Virus record (IMG/VR): IMGVR_UViG_3300040735_000077
Location: 1 to 32,921 of that record
Origin: a virus
Lineage: Duplodnaviria > Caudoviricetes
Length of the DNA: 32,921 nucleotides
Reading direction: 5' to 3' (one strand)
The notes below the pieces were generated by a model that was not told where the DNA came from, made no database searches, and saw only the letters and a list, made by a program, of their open reading frames with translations. The translations under genes were made by a program, and so were the position numbers. Positions within the stretch are counted from its first letter, which is position 1. Every line of letters begins with the position of its first letter. Below, piece by piece: positions 1 to 8,371 of this stretch.

Positions 1-729
1 TTAGTAGAGCCGTAACTGAAGTGCCAGGGGTCCGATCATCGTTAACCACTGACTCTGATCAGCGTCTATAAACTCGATCCGAAAGTCTTTATTGAGGGGT
101 TGGAGGGCAACTCCTTTATGAGCCTCATCGAAGTGTATCCTTTTCAAGGTAATGCCTGTCTCGTATCTGACAGCACAGATCTTACCATCCAGACCATCCC
201 AAGTAATCTGCTTCCTGATTAGCACTACGTCTCCATGCAGGATCTGCGGCTCCATGCTGGCACCATTGATTTTGAAGGCCATGTAGTTGTCCGTGCCGAA
301 GGGAATATAGCGAGTGGGAACTTCGACTGTATCCGCTGGCTCAATACCCTCTGGAACTTCGAGGGGAGGTCCAGCGGCTATTTCCGCCAGGATCGGGAAC
401 ACTGAAGTACGCACGTAAGTGGTATCAAAATCATTCACTAAGACTGGTTTGCCATCCACGATCTGGACTTTCTTGGTAGTCCGGATATCATCTCCCAACT
501 CCCAGGGAGCCAGGATGAACATACTGCCTTCTCCTCTCAACAACCAGTTCACATTCACTCCGGCATCGATCAATCTGGCCATGAATTGAGGGTCGGGAAA
601 CCTCTCATTATTCTTGTAGCGGTCCAAAGAATTGGCAGAGATGCCAAACTTTTCTGTAAACTGGTACTGCTTCAGTTTCATTGCTTTAATCAACATTCCC
701 AGTCTGCTGCCGACGTCATTGGGGTCCAT
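1..729 (-). CDS. Phage repressor, XRE HTH plus S24 (LexA/CI-type) peptidase domain
   Basis: HTH LKQYQFTEKFGISANSLDRY and VNVNWLLRGEG; Ala-Gly site in EIAAGPP; catalytic Ser (GASMEP) and Lys (ITLKRI). Start moved from 825 to ATG 729 because AGGAGG lies just upstream (242 aa). Confidence 0.9.
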   Translation of the reverse strand: MDPNDVGSRLGMLIKAMKLKQYQFTEKFGISANSLDRYKNNERFPDPQFMARLIDAGVNVNWLLRGEGSMFILAPWELGDDIRTTKKVQIVDGKPVLVNDFDTTYVRTSVFPILAEIAAGPPLEVPEGIEPADTVEVPTRYIPFGTDNYMAFKINGASMEPQILHGDVVLIRKQITWDGLDGKICAVRYETGITLKRIHFDEAHKGVALQPLNKDFRIEFIDADQSQWLTMIGPLALQLRLY

Positions 730-739
730 TATACCTCCT

Positions 740-766
740 AAAAGGTCATTTTTCGCTTGACCTTTT
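740..766. promoter_or_regulatory. Perfect 9-bp inverted repeat AAAAGGTCA-N9-TGACCTTTT (candidate operator or mRNA hairpin)
   Basis: Arms at 740-748 and 758-766; abuts the repressor RBS and overlaps the putative rightward -35. Confidence 0.55.
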
Positions 767-785
767 GCCTTATGGGTAAGATTAT
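757..785 (+). promoter_or_regulatory. Putative rightward early promoter
   Basis: TTGACC (757-762), 17 nt spacer, GATTAT (780-785). Confidence 0.45.
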
Positions 786-792
786 GCATCCG

Positions 793-812
793 TAGACAAG
801 ATAAATTGTCTA
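793..812. promoter_or_regulatory. Palindrome TAGACAA-N6-TTGTCTA (candidate operator)
   Basis: Arms at 793-799 and 806-812; overlaps the -10 of the putative repressor promoter. Confidence 0.55.
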
Positions 813-825
813 TCTTTTTTGTCAA
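798..825 (-). promoter_or_regulatory. Putative leftward repressor promoter
   Basis: On the - strand: TTGACA (825-820), 16 nt spacer, TATCTT (803-798). Confidence 0.55.
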
Positions 826-972
826 TGCTTATTTAAATAGTAGTGATTCGGCGGCGGATTCTTCCGCTCGTATCAGATAGATTTCAAAGCCTGCCGGAAA
901 GAGCAGAAAGGACTTCCCAAGTTATTGCGATGCAGTTATGTAGCACCCAACAATAACTAATGGGAGGCGCTT

Positions 973-1569
973 ATGAAAGCGACTACTTACGAGCCAGGAG
1001 AGAGTAGGGTCAAGGACGACCTCTGTGACACACCGACCTCTGTGACAGGTGTCACACACCCATCCAATCGGAGAAAAAAGCCGCCGATGCTGATCAGTAG
1101 ATATGTTGAACGCTGTGACAGATCGACAGGCCGGTTAGCGGCCACCACTGTGACAGATTATCCGACCTCTGTGACACGCCACCGGAGTGGAGGTGTCACA
1201 GTGGTCTTACCTGTAGCTGAAGATTATTGGCAGAGGCTGAACATGAGCAAGAACAAGATTAGGTCAGTCTGGCTGACCGTGGAGCGGGCGGCGGAGCTAT
1301 TAGGCTGCTCCACCCGCACTGTATGGCGCAATATCAAGCGCAACAAGACCGAAGTGTATAAGCACCTGGTCGAGCAGGATGGCTATAAGGTCATGAAGAC
1401 CTTCCTGCTTACCGAGCCCTCCTTATATATAAAGGAGATGGCAGACTGCCAGACCAGACATCTGGTGCCTGCCGGCTTCATTGAGATCACTCTCAAGGTC
1501 GATGGCAAGGACCTGCACAGTGCCTTGATCTACAAATACAGTGAGGAGGACAAGCATGAGCATCTATGA
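973..1569 (+). CDS. HTH DNA-binding protein at the ner position (alternative start ATG 1243)
   Basis: HTH WLTVERAAELLGCSTRTVWRNIK. GGGAGG precedes ATG 973 and GAGG precedes ATG 1243. The first 90 codons are dominated by DNA repeats. Confidence 0.7.
   Translation: MKATTYEPGESRVKDDLCDTPTSVTGVTHPSNRRKKPPMLISRYVERCDRSTGRLAATTVTDYPTSVTRHRSGGVTVVLPVAEDYWQRLNMSKNKIRSVWLTVERAAELLGCSTRTVWRNIKRNKTEVYKHLVEQDGYKVMKTFLLTEPSLYIKEMADCQTRHLVPAGFIEITLKVDGKDLHSALIYKYSEEDKHEHL
1018..1200. repeat. Cluster of seven TGTGACA/TGTCACA motifs
   Basis: TGTGACA at 1024, 1041, 1114, 1149 and 1170; TGTCACA at 1050 and 1194. GACCTCTGTGACA occurs three times. TGTGACA-GG-TGTCACA forms a palindrome at 1041-1056. Confidence 0.85.
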
Positions 1570-3619
1570 TGAGATCGATCCCCTGGCCTATGCGGAGCTC
1601 TATCAGAGCATCTATCCCGATTGGAAGGGTAAGCAGGAGCTACTGGACCTGATCGGGAATAACCAGGAGATCAAACCCAAGGCAAAACCTCAACCAGCAC
1701 CTATCAGCGAGCCTACTGAGATCATTAAGCCTGATCCTGGCATAGTCCTGGAAGGCGAGGTATGCGACCTGAGAGACGATCAAGAGGGATACATCGACTT
1801 CACTCCGGAAGAGCGGGTGCCCGTTAAATACGATAACGAAGCCAAGCTCCTCGGTTACTTCTGCAGCACTGTGCTGGATCGGCTCCATACCTGCGAATCC
1901 AAAGGCCGGGAGTGGGAACTGATCACAGAGGAATACAATCAGGGCAGTCTGGTGCCGGAACTATATGCCCTAAAGGGAAAACGCACCGAAAGAGCCTTGC
2001 GTATCTGGTTGGGACGCTATGAGCAGAGCAAACAGGATATGTATGCCCTCCTGCATGGCAACCGCTATCAGAAGCGGCAACGCAAGATCACCGAGTTGGA
2101 GGGCAAGGTGCTGTTGGTGATTCTGCTGCATCCCAACCGTATCAGCATCGGCAGCGCTCTCAAGTTCTTGAAAGCCAAAGCCGAGTCCGGTTTGATCGAC
2201 TCTCCCAGCTCATTACCGACTTTAAGAAGATGGGTCGAGGAATGGCGGGACGATAACCTGGCGATCTGGGAACAAGCCAGACAGGGCAGCAAGTACGTGG
2301 CTGAGCACATCATCAAGACCATCCACCGGGATAGCAGACTGCTGAGTGTGGGCGAAGTATGGGTAGCCGATGGTCATACCCTGGCCTTCGATATCGTCAA
2401 TCCCAAGACTGGTAAAGCGCAGCGCATGACCATGATCATGGTCTTCGACTGGGCATCCCGATATCCGGTGGGTGCCACGCTCGCCTTCACCGAGGATAGC
2501 CAGCACATCCAGGCAGCTTTCCGCAACGGCTTCCTCAACTGGGGAGCTCTGCCCCAGTATGTCTATCTCGATAATGGCAAAGCCTTCAAGAGCAAGCTGT
2601 TCCACGAGCAGTGGGAAGGCCATGACCTGGCCAAGGAACTGGGTGGCATCTTCCCTAAGTTGGGGATCAAAGCCCAGTTCGCCGAGAGCTACAATGCCAA
2701 GGCCAAGGTGATTGAGCGGTTCTTCAAGACCTTTCAGGAGCAGTTCGAACGCTTCATCAGCAGCTTCCGGGGAGCCAATGTAGCCGATAAGCCATCCACC
2801 CTGATGCGTAACGAGAAGTGGGCAAAGAAGCTCTATACCTCAGAGCCGCCCACTACCGACGAAGCGATGCAGATGATCGGTTACTACATCAGATACGTAT
2901 ATGGCAACACTCCCCACCGGGGACTGGATAACCGCAAACCCTGGGAGGTATTCAACTCGGCTCCCAAGCCATCTGACCGACTGGTCAATCCCTCCCGGCT
3001 CAACTTCATGATGCTGAGCGTGGAGCGCAAGGCCATCCGCAACGAAGGCTTGGTGCTGAACAAGATGAAATACTGGCATCCTGCCTTGGTTGAACACATG
3101 GGCAAGCCGGTGGTAATCAGATACGATCTGGCTGATGCAAGGTGGGTGCTGGTCTATGATGAAGCGGATGTCTTCATCTGCCAGGCAGCCCTGCGCCAGA
3201 CCCAGCATCCGTTCATCCAGGCCGATATGCAGAACAGCAAGTCACATAAGGAATACCGCCAGGAATACACGCAGATCAAGAAGCTGCAACGGCTGACCGA
3301 ACAGCGGACCCGGATGTTCGTCCGCAGCAATCAGGAATCGGTGGATAAGCTTCTCAAAAGCTACGTGAATGAGCTCCCGTCCGATAACAACCCCACCTTC
3401 ATCCAACCAGCCATGATCGAGGCTCCCGCACCGGGTCCGGAAGAGGAGATCGCCAGGCTGGAGCAGATAGTAATCGAGCAGGATCAGGCAGCAGCTACGA
3501 ACCTGCCAGAGAATACCAACAACGATCAAAATCAAGATGTTATCGAAGGCACGAGTGAGTTCGATCCCTTCGATGATGAGGAATTCAAACAAATGCTTAA
3601 GACGATCGGAATCAAATAA
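1556..3619 (+). CDS. MuA-like DDE transposase
   Basis: DDE motifs VWVADGH, YLDNGKAF and KVIERFF; YGNTPHRGL; Mu-transposase C-terminal-like VVIRYDLAD segment. Start ATG 1556 follows GAGGAGGA. Confidence 0.93.
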   Translation: MSIYDEIDPLAYAELYQSIYPDWKGKQELLDLIGNNQEIKPKAKPQPAPISEPTEIIKPDPGIVLEGEVCDLRDDQEGYIDFTPEERVPVKYDNEAKLLGYFCSTVLDRLHTCESKGREWELITEEYNQGSLVPELYALKGKRTERALRIWLGRYEQSKQDMYALLHGNRYQKRQRKITELEGKVLLVILLHPNRISIGSALKFLKAKAESGLIDSPSSLPTLRRWVEEWRDDNLAIWEQARQGSKYVAEHIIKTIHRDSRLLSVGEVWVADGHTLAFDIVNPKTGKAQRMTMIMVFDWASRYPVGATLAFTEDSQHIQAAFRNGFLNWGALPQYVYLDNGKAFKSKLFHEQWEGHDLAKELGGIFPKLGIKAQFAESYNAKAKVIERFFKTFQEQFERFISSFRGANVADKPSTLMRNEKWAKKLYTSEPPTTDEAMQMIGYYIRYVYGNTPHRGLDNRKPWEVFNSAPKPSDRLVNPSRLNFMMLSVERKAIRNEGLVLNKMKYWHPALVEHMGKPVVIRYDLADARWVLVYDEADVFICQAALRQTQHPFIQADMQNSKSHKEYRQEYTQIKKLQRLTEQRTRMFVRSNQESVDKLLKSYVNELPSDNNPTFIQPAMIEAPAPGPEEEIARLEQIVIEQDQAAATNLPENTNNDQNQDVIEGTSEFDPFDDEEFKQMLKTIGIK

Positions 3620-3629
3620 GGAGGATTAG

Positions 3630-4340
3630 ATGAAGCAAGGTAAACTGGTACCGATCCACAACGTCAAAAAAGCCGATGAATGCATCGACTTCCTGCTCAA
3701 GCGTCCCCGCCTGGAGATGGTGGGACTGGGTATGCTGTATGGCAGACCCGGCCTCGGTAAGACCACCTATGCCAGCCGCGTCTCCTATGCCCGGGGATAC
3801 GTGTATATCAGACTGGAAGCTACAACCACTCCCAAGACCTTCGCCAAGGAACTGCTGCAGAACCTTTACCGGAGCCTGGGCATGGGTGATTATCTCCCAG
3901 TGGGAACTACCAACAACATCTATAAGCAATGTATCCAACTGCTGCTTGATAATGAGGATACCGTCATCATTATCGATGAGATCGACTATGCCTTCCGCTA
4001 TCCTCAGTTACTCGGATCGATCAGAGATCTGGTGGATGAAACCTTCGCGGTTGTGATTTTGGTGGGCATGCAGAATGCTATGGACAGGCTTAACCAGATC
4101 AATGCCTACTATTTCGACCGCTGCAACTACTTCTATGAGTTCGAAGCGGTGAGCAAGGACGATATCAGAATGTTGGGCACGGAACTGATGAACATCCCCT
4201 GCCCGGAGTCTCTGGTTAACTACATCAACCACAACGCTGCCGGCAACCTGAGAAAAGCCATCAAGATAATGCACATGCTCGAAGCCAGCGGCAAGATCAA
4301 TCCCATCCAGGCTATGAACCATATCCAGGGGGCCTTATGA
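3630..4340 (+). CDS. MuB-like AAA ATPase
   Basis: Walker A GRPGLGKT, Walker B IIIDEID, VILVGM and GNLRKA; directly downstream of the transposase with an AGGAGG RBS. Confidence 0.92.
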   Translation: MKQGKLVPIHNVKKADECIDFLLKRPRLEMVGLGMLYGRPGLGKTTYASRVSYARGYVYIRLEATTTPKTFAKELLQNLYRSLGMGDYLPVGTTNNIYKQCIQLLLDNEDTVIIIDEIDYAFRYPQLLGSIRDLVDETFAVVILVGMQNAMDRLNQINAYYFDRCNYFYEFEAVSKDDIRMLGTELMNIPCPESLVNYINHNAAGNLRKAIKIMHMLEASGKINPIQAMNHIQGAL

Positions 4341-4873
4341 ACGAGCAAGGTATCTTGATCGACCGCTTTGTAGACCGCTTCGTTAGCTACTTCAACTTAG
4401 ATCTGATCTGTGAGTGCACCGGAGTAGACCGGGATGTGGTTCAGGAGCGCCTTAACCAGCTCATTATGGGCAATGTGATCCGCAGGGTATCCAAATACGA
4501 GGATATCTATGTAACTAACCGGGGCCGGTATGCTACCAAGGTATCAACCATCCATTGCGGTAACTGGTCATTCGACCTCAAGGCCTGCCAAGATATCTGC
4601 TTCCTGCTCGAACTAAGCCAGATAAAGAGCATCCGGCAATTGGCTGCCAAGATGCAGCGCAGCCGCCAGTGGGCTTATCTCTACCTGGAGGCTCTGATCT
4701 CAGTCGATGCGGTGGGTATCCGCAAGTCCGGATACTATACCAAGGACATAGGCAAGGCCTTCAGGGTTGGCTCGGTGATCAAGAAAGGCGTCATCAGGCA
4801 GAAGCGCCTGGAATGTGGGATTAAGCACACTCCTCACCGCAAAAGAACTACTAAAACCGCTAATCACAAGTAA
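4337..4873 (+). CDS. Hypothetical protein with two putative winged-helix units
   Basis: LICECTGVDRDVVQERLNQL and SIRQLAAKMQRSRQWAYLYLEAL resemble HTHs; ATGA overlap with the MuB-like gene; basic C-terminus. Confidence 0.65.
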   Translation: MNEQGILIDRFVDRFVSYFNLDLICECTGVDRDVVQERLNQLIMGNVIRRVSKYEDIYVTNRGRYATKVSTIHCGNWSFDLKACQDICFLLELSQIKSIRQLAAKMQRSRQWAYLYLEALISVDAVGIRKSGYYTKDIGKAFRVGSVIKKGVIRQKRLECGIKHTPHRKRTTKTANHK

Positions 4874-4889
4874 ACAGCGAGGGCATTCT

Positions 4890-5333
4890 ATGACTCAGGA
4901 ACAGCGAGAACGAAAACTACGTCAACAGATACATGGCCTCAGGGTCAAGAAGTTCCACTGGCCGCTCGATGCCTTCAGATTCATCATCAAAGGCCTGGGC
5001 TATGGTGAATCGCTTAGAGCCTTACCTGAGGATCGCTTAACTGAGTTGAAGGCACTCCTGCTCAAATACCGTAAGCATGGCAGACCTCAAATCTTTACTT
5101 TCGACCGCCAGGGCAAGTACATGTTCTATCTCATGAAAAGCACAGGCTGGACCGAGTCCGAGCTTCGGGCATTCATGATCAACCACTTTTCCAAGACTCA
5201 CTGGAACCTACTCAACAAAAAGGAGCGCAGAGCTGTGATCGCAATGCTGCAGAACTACATCAAACAGAATGAAAAGAAAGCCAAAGATAATAAGGAGACA
5301 TCTAATGGACACACCCAAGACCCCCAAGGCTAA
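4890..5333 (+). CDS. GemA/DUF1018-like Mu-phage middle protein
   Basis: QQIHGLR...SLRALPEDRLTEL...LRAFM...ERRAVIAML pattern and genomic position. Start moved to ATG 4890. Confidence 0.6.
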   Translation: MTQEQRERKLRQQIHGLRVKKFHWPLDAFRFIIKGLGYGESLRALPEDRLTELKALLLKYRKHGRPQIFTFDRQGKYMFYLMKSTGWTESELRAFMINHFSKTHWNLLNKKERRAVIAMLQNYIKQNEKKAKDNKETSNGHTQDPQG

Positions 5334-5925
5334 GAAGCCCCTACCCACTCGTATTGACGCTAACGGACAGAGCATCCCCACCTCGATCATTAGACCTGAG
5401 ATCCTGAAGCAAGATGCCATCGTAACCAAGACCATCAACCGGGCTATCAAGCTGCATGATCGTATGGTAGCTGACAAGAACCAGTTCTTTGAGGACGTGG
5501 AGCTTTACCTCCAGCAGGTAGCCGAGAAGAATGGACTGGACTGGAAGGGCAATGCCGTTCTTAACAGCTTTGACGGCAAGTACCGGGTTGAGATCAGGTT
5601 CAAGGAACGCATCCAGTTCGGTATCGAACTCCAACTCGCCAAACAGAAGATCGATGAGTGTCTGAAAGCTTGGTCTGCCGACTCCAACGTCAATCTCCGA
5701 GCCATCATAAGCGAAGCCTTTCAAGTCGATAAGAAAGGCGAGATTGCCAAGTATCGCATCCTGCGCCTTCGCCGCTACAACATCAAGGATCAAACCTGGA
5801 AGGAAGCGATGGAGCTGATCGACCAGGCCATCCAAGTGGTATCCACCAAGCAGTACATCAATTTCTATGAACGTGACGAGTCGGGCCAGTTCCGCCAGAT
5901 CGTCCTCAACTTCCCTGCCCTTTGA
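5305..5925 (+). CDS. DUF3164-like protein of Mu-like phages
   Basis: KGNAVLNSFDGKYRVE, AKQKIDECL, AFQVDKKG, WKEAMELI and YINFYER motifs. ATG 5305 follows AAGGAG. Confidence 0.8.
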   Translation: MDTPKTPKAKKPLPTRIDANGQSIPTSIIRPEILKQDAIVTKTINRAIKLHDRMVADKNQFFEDVELYLQQVAEKNGLDWKGNAVLNSFDGKYRVEIRFKERIQFGIELQLAKQKIDECLKAWSADSNVNLRAIISEAFQVDKKGEIAKYRILRLRRYNIKDQTWKEAMELIDQAIQVVSTKQYINFYERDESGQFRQIVLNFPAL

Positions 5926-5980
5926 GAAAGAGTGGCAGCGTAATGCATCTCTATTTGATAAAAGCACAGGAGAATGAATA

Positions 5981-6232
5981 ATGGCACCTATGAATACCAA
6001 CACTGCAGAGGAACTGAACACGATGAGCATCTTCAATGATGAACGCACCTACCGCACCGATGAGATAGCAGACATGCTCAAGGTCGACCGCTCCAGCGTC
6101 TACCGCTGGATACGTGACATCGGTGATCCTCTGCCTGCTTTCAGAACTAAAGAAAACGGACAGCTGCGCTGCTCCGGTAAAGACCTCAACCTCTATCTGC
6201 TAAAGCATAAGGTACGCCCTGAATATGAGTAA
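5981..6232 (+). CDS. Small HTH (excisionase/HTH_17-like) regulator
   Basis: YRTDEIADMLKVDRSSVYRWI...LPAFR; AGGAG RBS upstream. Confidence 0.8.
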   Translation: MAPMNTNTAEELNTMSIFNDERTYRTDEIADMLKVDRSSVYRWIRDIGDPLPAFRTKENGQLRCSGKDLNLYLLKHKVRPEYE

Positions 6233-6674
6233 TAGCCGTGAGTTCCGCATCAAGCGGGACAACTGCAAAGAAGCCTATTTGAACGGCAAGACAGATCCTT
6301 ATGAACTGGCGATGATCTTCGGAGTCTCCGATATCACTGTTCGCAAGTGGATCAAGAGCGGCAAGTGGGACGAGCTCTTCAAAGAAGAGAACCAACTCGA
6401 CCACGAGATCGCCATTGCCCGCAAGAAGGCACTCATTCAAGCGCTCCGGGAATATGCCAAGAATCCTGCCGATACTGCCATCCAGAGCCTGGTAAGCATG
6501 ATGAAGCAGGATCAAAAGGATAGGCAGCCATCCAAGGAGTTGAACGATTACATCGTGCGCTTCCTGGATCAGGTGACCGACTTCATGATCGAAAAAGGGC
6601 ATGAGACCTTGCTTAAGCAGTTCCAAAGCATTCTGCACGATCTGGCAGAATACCTGAGAGTGAGAAATGGTTAA
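6225..6674 (+). CDS. Putative terminase small subunit (DUF1804/gp27-like, N-terminal HTH)
   Basis: ELAMIFGVSDITVRKWIKSGKWD HTH followed by a helical region; sits upstream of terL. Confidence 0.7.
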   Translation: MSNSREFRIKRDNCKEAYLNGKTDPYELAMIFGVSDITVRKWIKSGKWDELFKEENQLDHEIAIARKKALIQALREYAKNPADTAIQSLVSMMKQDQKDRQPSKELNDYIVRFLDQVTDFMIEKGHETLLKQFQSILHDLAEYLRVRNG

Positions 6675-6825
6675 CCTTCCTGCATCCTACATAAGGCCTC
6701 CCAAGCCTAAGCCTACAGACCCTACCTACCCTCCAAGCCAACAGCCCGACATGGTCAGTCCTCCGACCTCCGGGTCCCCGACGCCCGTTCCCCTGGGCGT
6801 CGGGGGGTTACCCGGTTATGCCTAA
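6667..6825 (+). CDS. Unlisted 52-aa Pro-rich ORF bridging the putative terS and terL
   Basis: Hand translation gives MVNLPASYIRPPKPKPTDPTYPPSQQPDMVSPPTSGSPTPVPLGVGGLPGYA. It overlaps both neighbours by 8 nt (ATGGTTAA and ATGCCTAA). Confidence 0.5.
   Translation: MVNLPASYIRPPKPKPTDPTYPPSQQPDMVSPPTSGSPTPVPLGVGGLPGYA
6770..6815 (+). promoter_or_regulatory. Strong GC hairpin ending 2 nt before the terL start
   Basis: CCCCGACGCCC (6776-6786) pairs perfectly with GGGCGTCGGGG (6795-6805), extended by CCGGGT/ACCCGG (6770-6775 with 6810-6815). No U-tract follows. Confidence 0.7.
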
Positions 6826-8371
6826 GAAGTTCATTCAGCGGCATAACAAGGCTCTGACGGAGATCGCATCCAAAACGATCTCCGTCTTGCCTTTTATAGA
6901 CGATAATCCCGAAGCCAAAGCAGAACGGATCAGGAGGACAACTGCAGAGGGATGGGATGCTTTCTCGTTCTTCTGCCATACCTATTTCCCGCATATCTTC
7001 CCACTACCTTTTTGCCCAGCGCACGAGACTATGTTCGATGAGACTGATAAGGGCTCAGGCATCATCGGAATCACAGGTTTTCGTGGGCTGGGCAAAACGG
7101 TACTTATGGGAGTGGTCTATCCTATCTGGAGGATCATAAAAGGTGAACGTTACATAATCCATACTGCCGCAGACGTAGATCTGGCACAGGAGCGCACCGC
7201 TTTCACTCTGCATGAGCTACAGAACAATAAGCGGCTCACAACGGACTATCCTGAGCTGCAACCAGTGGATGCCTTTGATCTGGACTTCTATCTCAAGAAC
7301 AAAGCCAGGATCAGAGCCAGAAGTATCAAGCAAAGCCATAGAGGGACTATCAATCCCAAGACTGCCAAGCGGCCTGGGCTGATCGTCTGTGATGATATCG
7401 ACAAAGAAGAGAACATGGGTAACCAGTCCATCGGTAAGAGACGCATGGAGAAGATCACCCAGGAGCTTGCCGGAGCACTGGCACCCGAGGGTGGTGGTCG
7501 CATTATCTGGCTCGGTAACCTAGTACATCCCAATTACTCCATCTGCCAGTTTCAAGAGCTCATATTAGGCGAAATGCGGGCAGATAATCCAGATTTGGAC
7601 TTGGGATACCAATCGGTTCTGAAAACGCACCAGAAAGCGATTTTGCGCTTCTCTCTCGAAGATCAGCATGGTAAGTCCACTTGGGAGGCTCAATACCCCA
7701 CAGCAACTCTGCCCAACCTCAGAGCCAAGTTCGGGATGACAGGTTATCAAAGGGAGATGCTTGGACAACCGGTTATTGAAGGAAATATCTTCAAGAACCA
7801 CTGGTTCACCAAGTATAGATCTCTGCCTGAACCATCCCAGATGAAGCGAGTCTGGCTCTATGCCGATCCTGCCTGGGGTGAGAAAGGCTGTTACAAGGCT
7901 GTCATCTCCATTGGCTATGATGGTAATCGCTTCTACGTGCTTCATGCCTGGATACGTCAGACCGAGAACACCAAGTTCTTCAGATACTACTATGATGCCT
8001 ATCAGGAGCTTGACCGAATCTACAGGGTTAAAGCCCGGGCAGCCTGTGAAACCACTTACGGACAGGCTCGTATCCTTGCCGACTTCGACAGGTGGGCAAC
8101 AGATAATCATCTGCCACCGATATCGCACAGAATCAAGCGAATCGATAACAAAGACAACAAGAACCTACGCATCGAGAGGACTGAGACCATTATTGAGACG
8201 GCCAAGGTGCTTTTCCCGGAGGGTCAGGATACACCCACCCTAATCAGTCAGTTCCTCACTTATCCTGATGGATACATCGATGGCTGTGATGCCCTGGCAG
8301 GCTGTCTGGAACGCTTCTCCGAGTACGATATCGGCAGGAACAGAGTCAAGGTCCGGAGGTTTTCCTTCTAA
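6818..8371 (+). CDS. terL: Terminase large subunit
   Basis: Walker A GFRGLGKT, Walker B IVCDDID, RNase H-like nuclease motifs YADPA and DGCDALA. Confidence 0.9.
   Translation: MPKKFIQRHNKALTEIASKTISVLPFIDDNPEAKAERIRRTTAEGWDAFSFFCHTYFPHIFPLPFCPAHETMFDETDKGSGIIGITGFRGLGKTVLMGVVYPIWRIIKGERYIIHTAADVDLAQERTAFTLHELQNNKRLTTDYPELQPVDAFDLDFYLKNKARIRARSIKQSHRGTINPKTAKRPGLIVCDDIDKEENMGNQSIGKRRMEKITQELAGALAPEGGGRIIWLGNLVHPNYSICQFQELILGEMRADNPDLDLGYQSVLKTHQKAILRFSLEDQHGKSTWEAQYPTATLPNLRAKFGMTGYQREMLGQPVIEGNIFKNHWFTKYRSLPEPSQMKRVWLYADPAWGEKGCYKAVISIGYDGNRFYVLHAWIRQTENTKFFRYYYDAYQELDRIYRVKARAACETTYGQARILADFDRWATDNHLPPISHRIKRIDNKDNKNLRIERTETIIETAKVLFPEGQDTPTLISQFLTYPDGYIDGCDALAGCLERFSEYDIGRNRVKVRRFSF

Noticed and set aside
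730-825. N-terminal extension of the repressor in the ORF track
   Set aside because: The TTG start is the -35 box, and a strong SD precedes ATG 729.
1018-1200. CRISPR array or transposon end
   Set aside because: The repeats are 7-15 bp, irregularly spaced and in both orientations, with no cas genes. The position is internal to the phage.
1556-4340. Tn7-like/CAST TnsB-TnsC module
   Set aside because: No TnsA, TniQ or Cas genes. The context is a full virion gene set, which fits MuA/MuB.
5341-6048. 235-aa minus-strand ORF and similar antisense ORFs across the phage genes
   Set aside because: They overlap well-supported, coupled + strand genes and show no motifs or RBS.
6776-6805. Rho-independent terminator
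   Set aside because: No U-tract on either side, and it lies mid-operon directly before the terL start.
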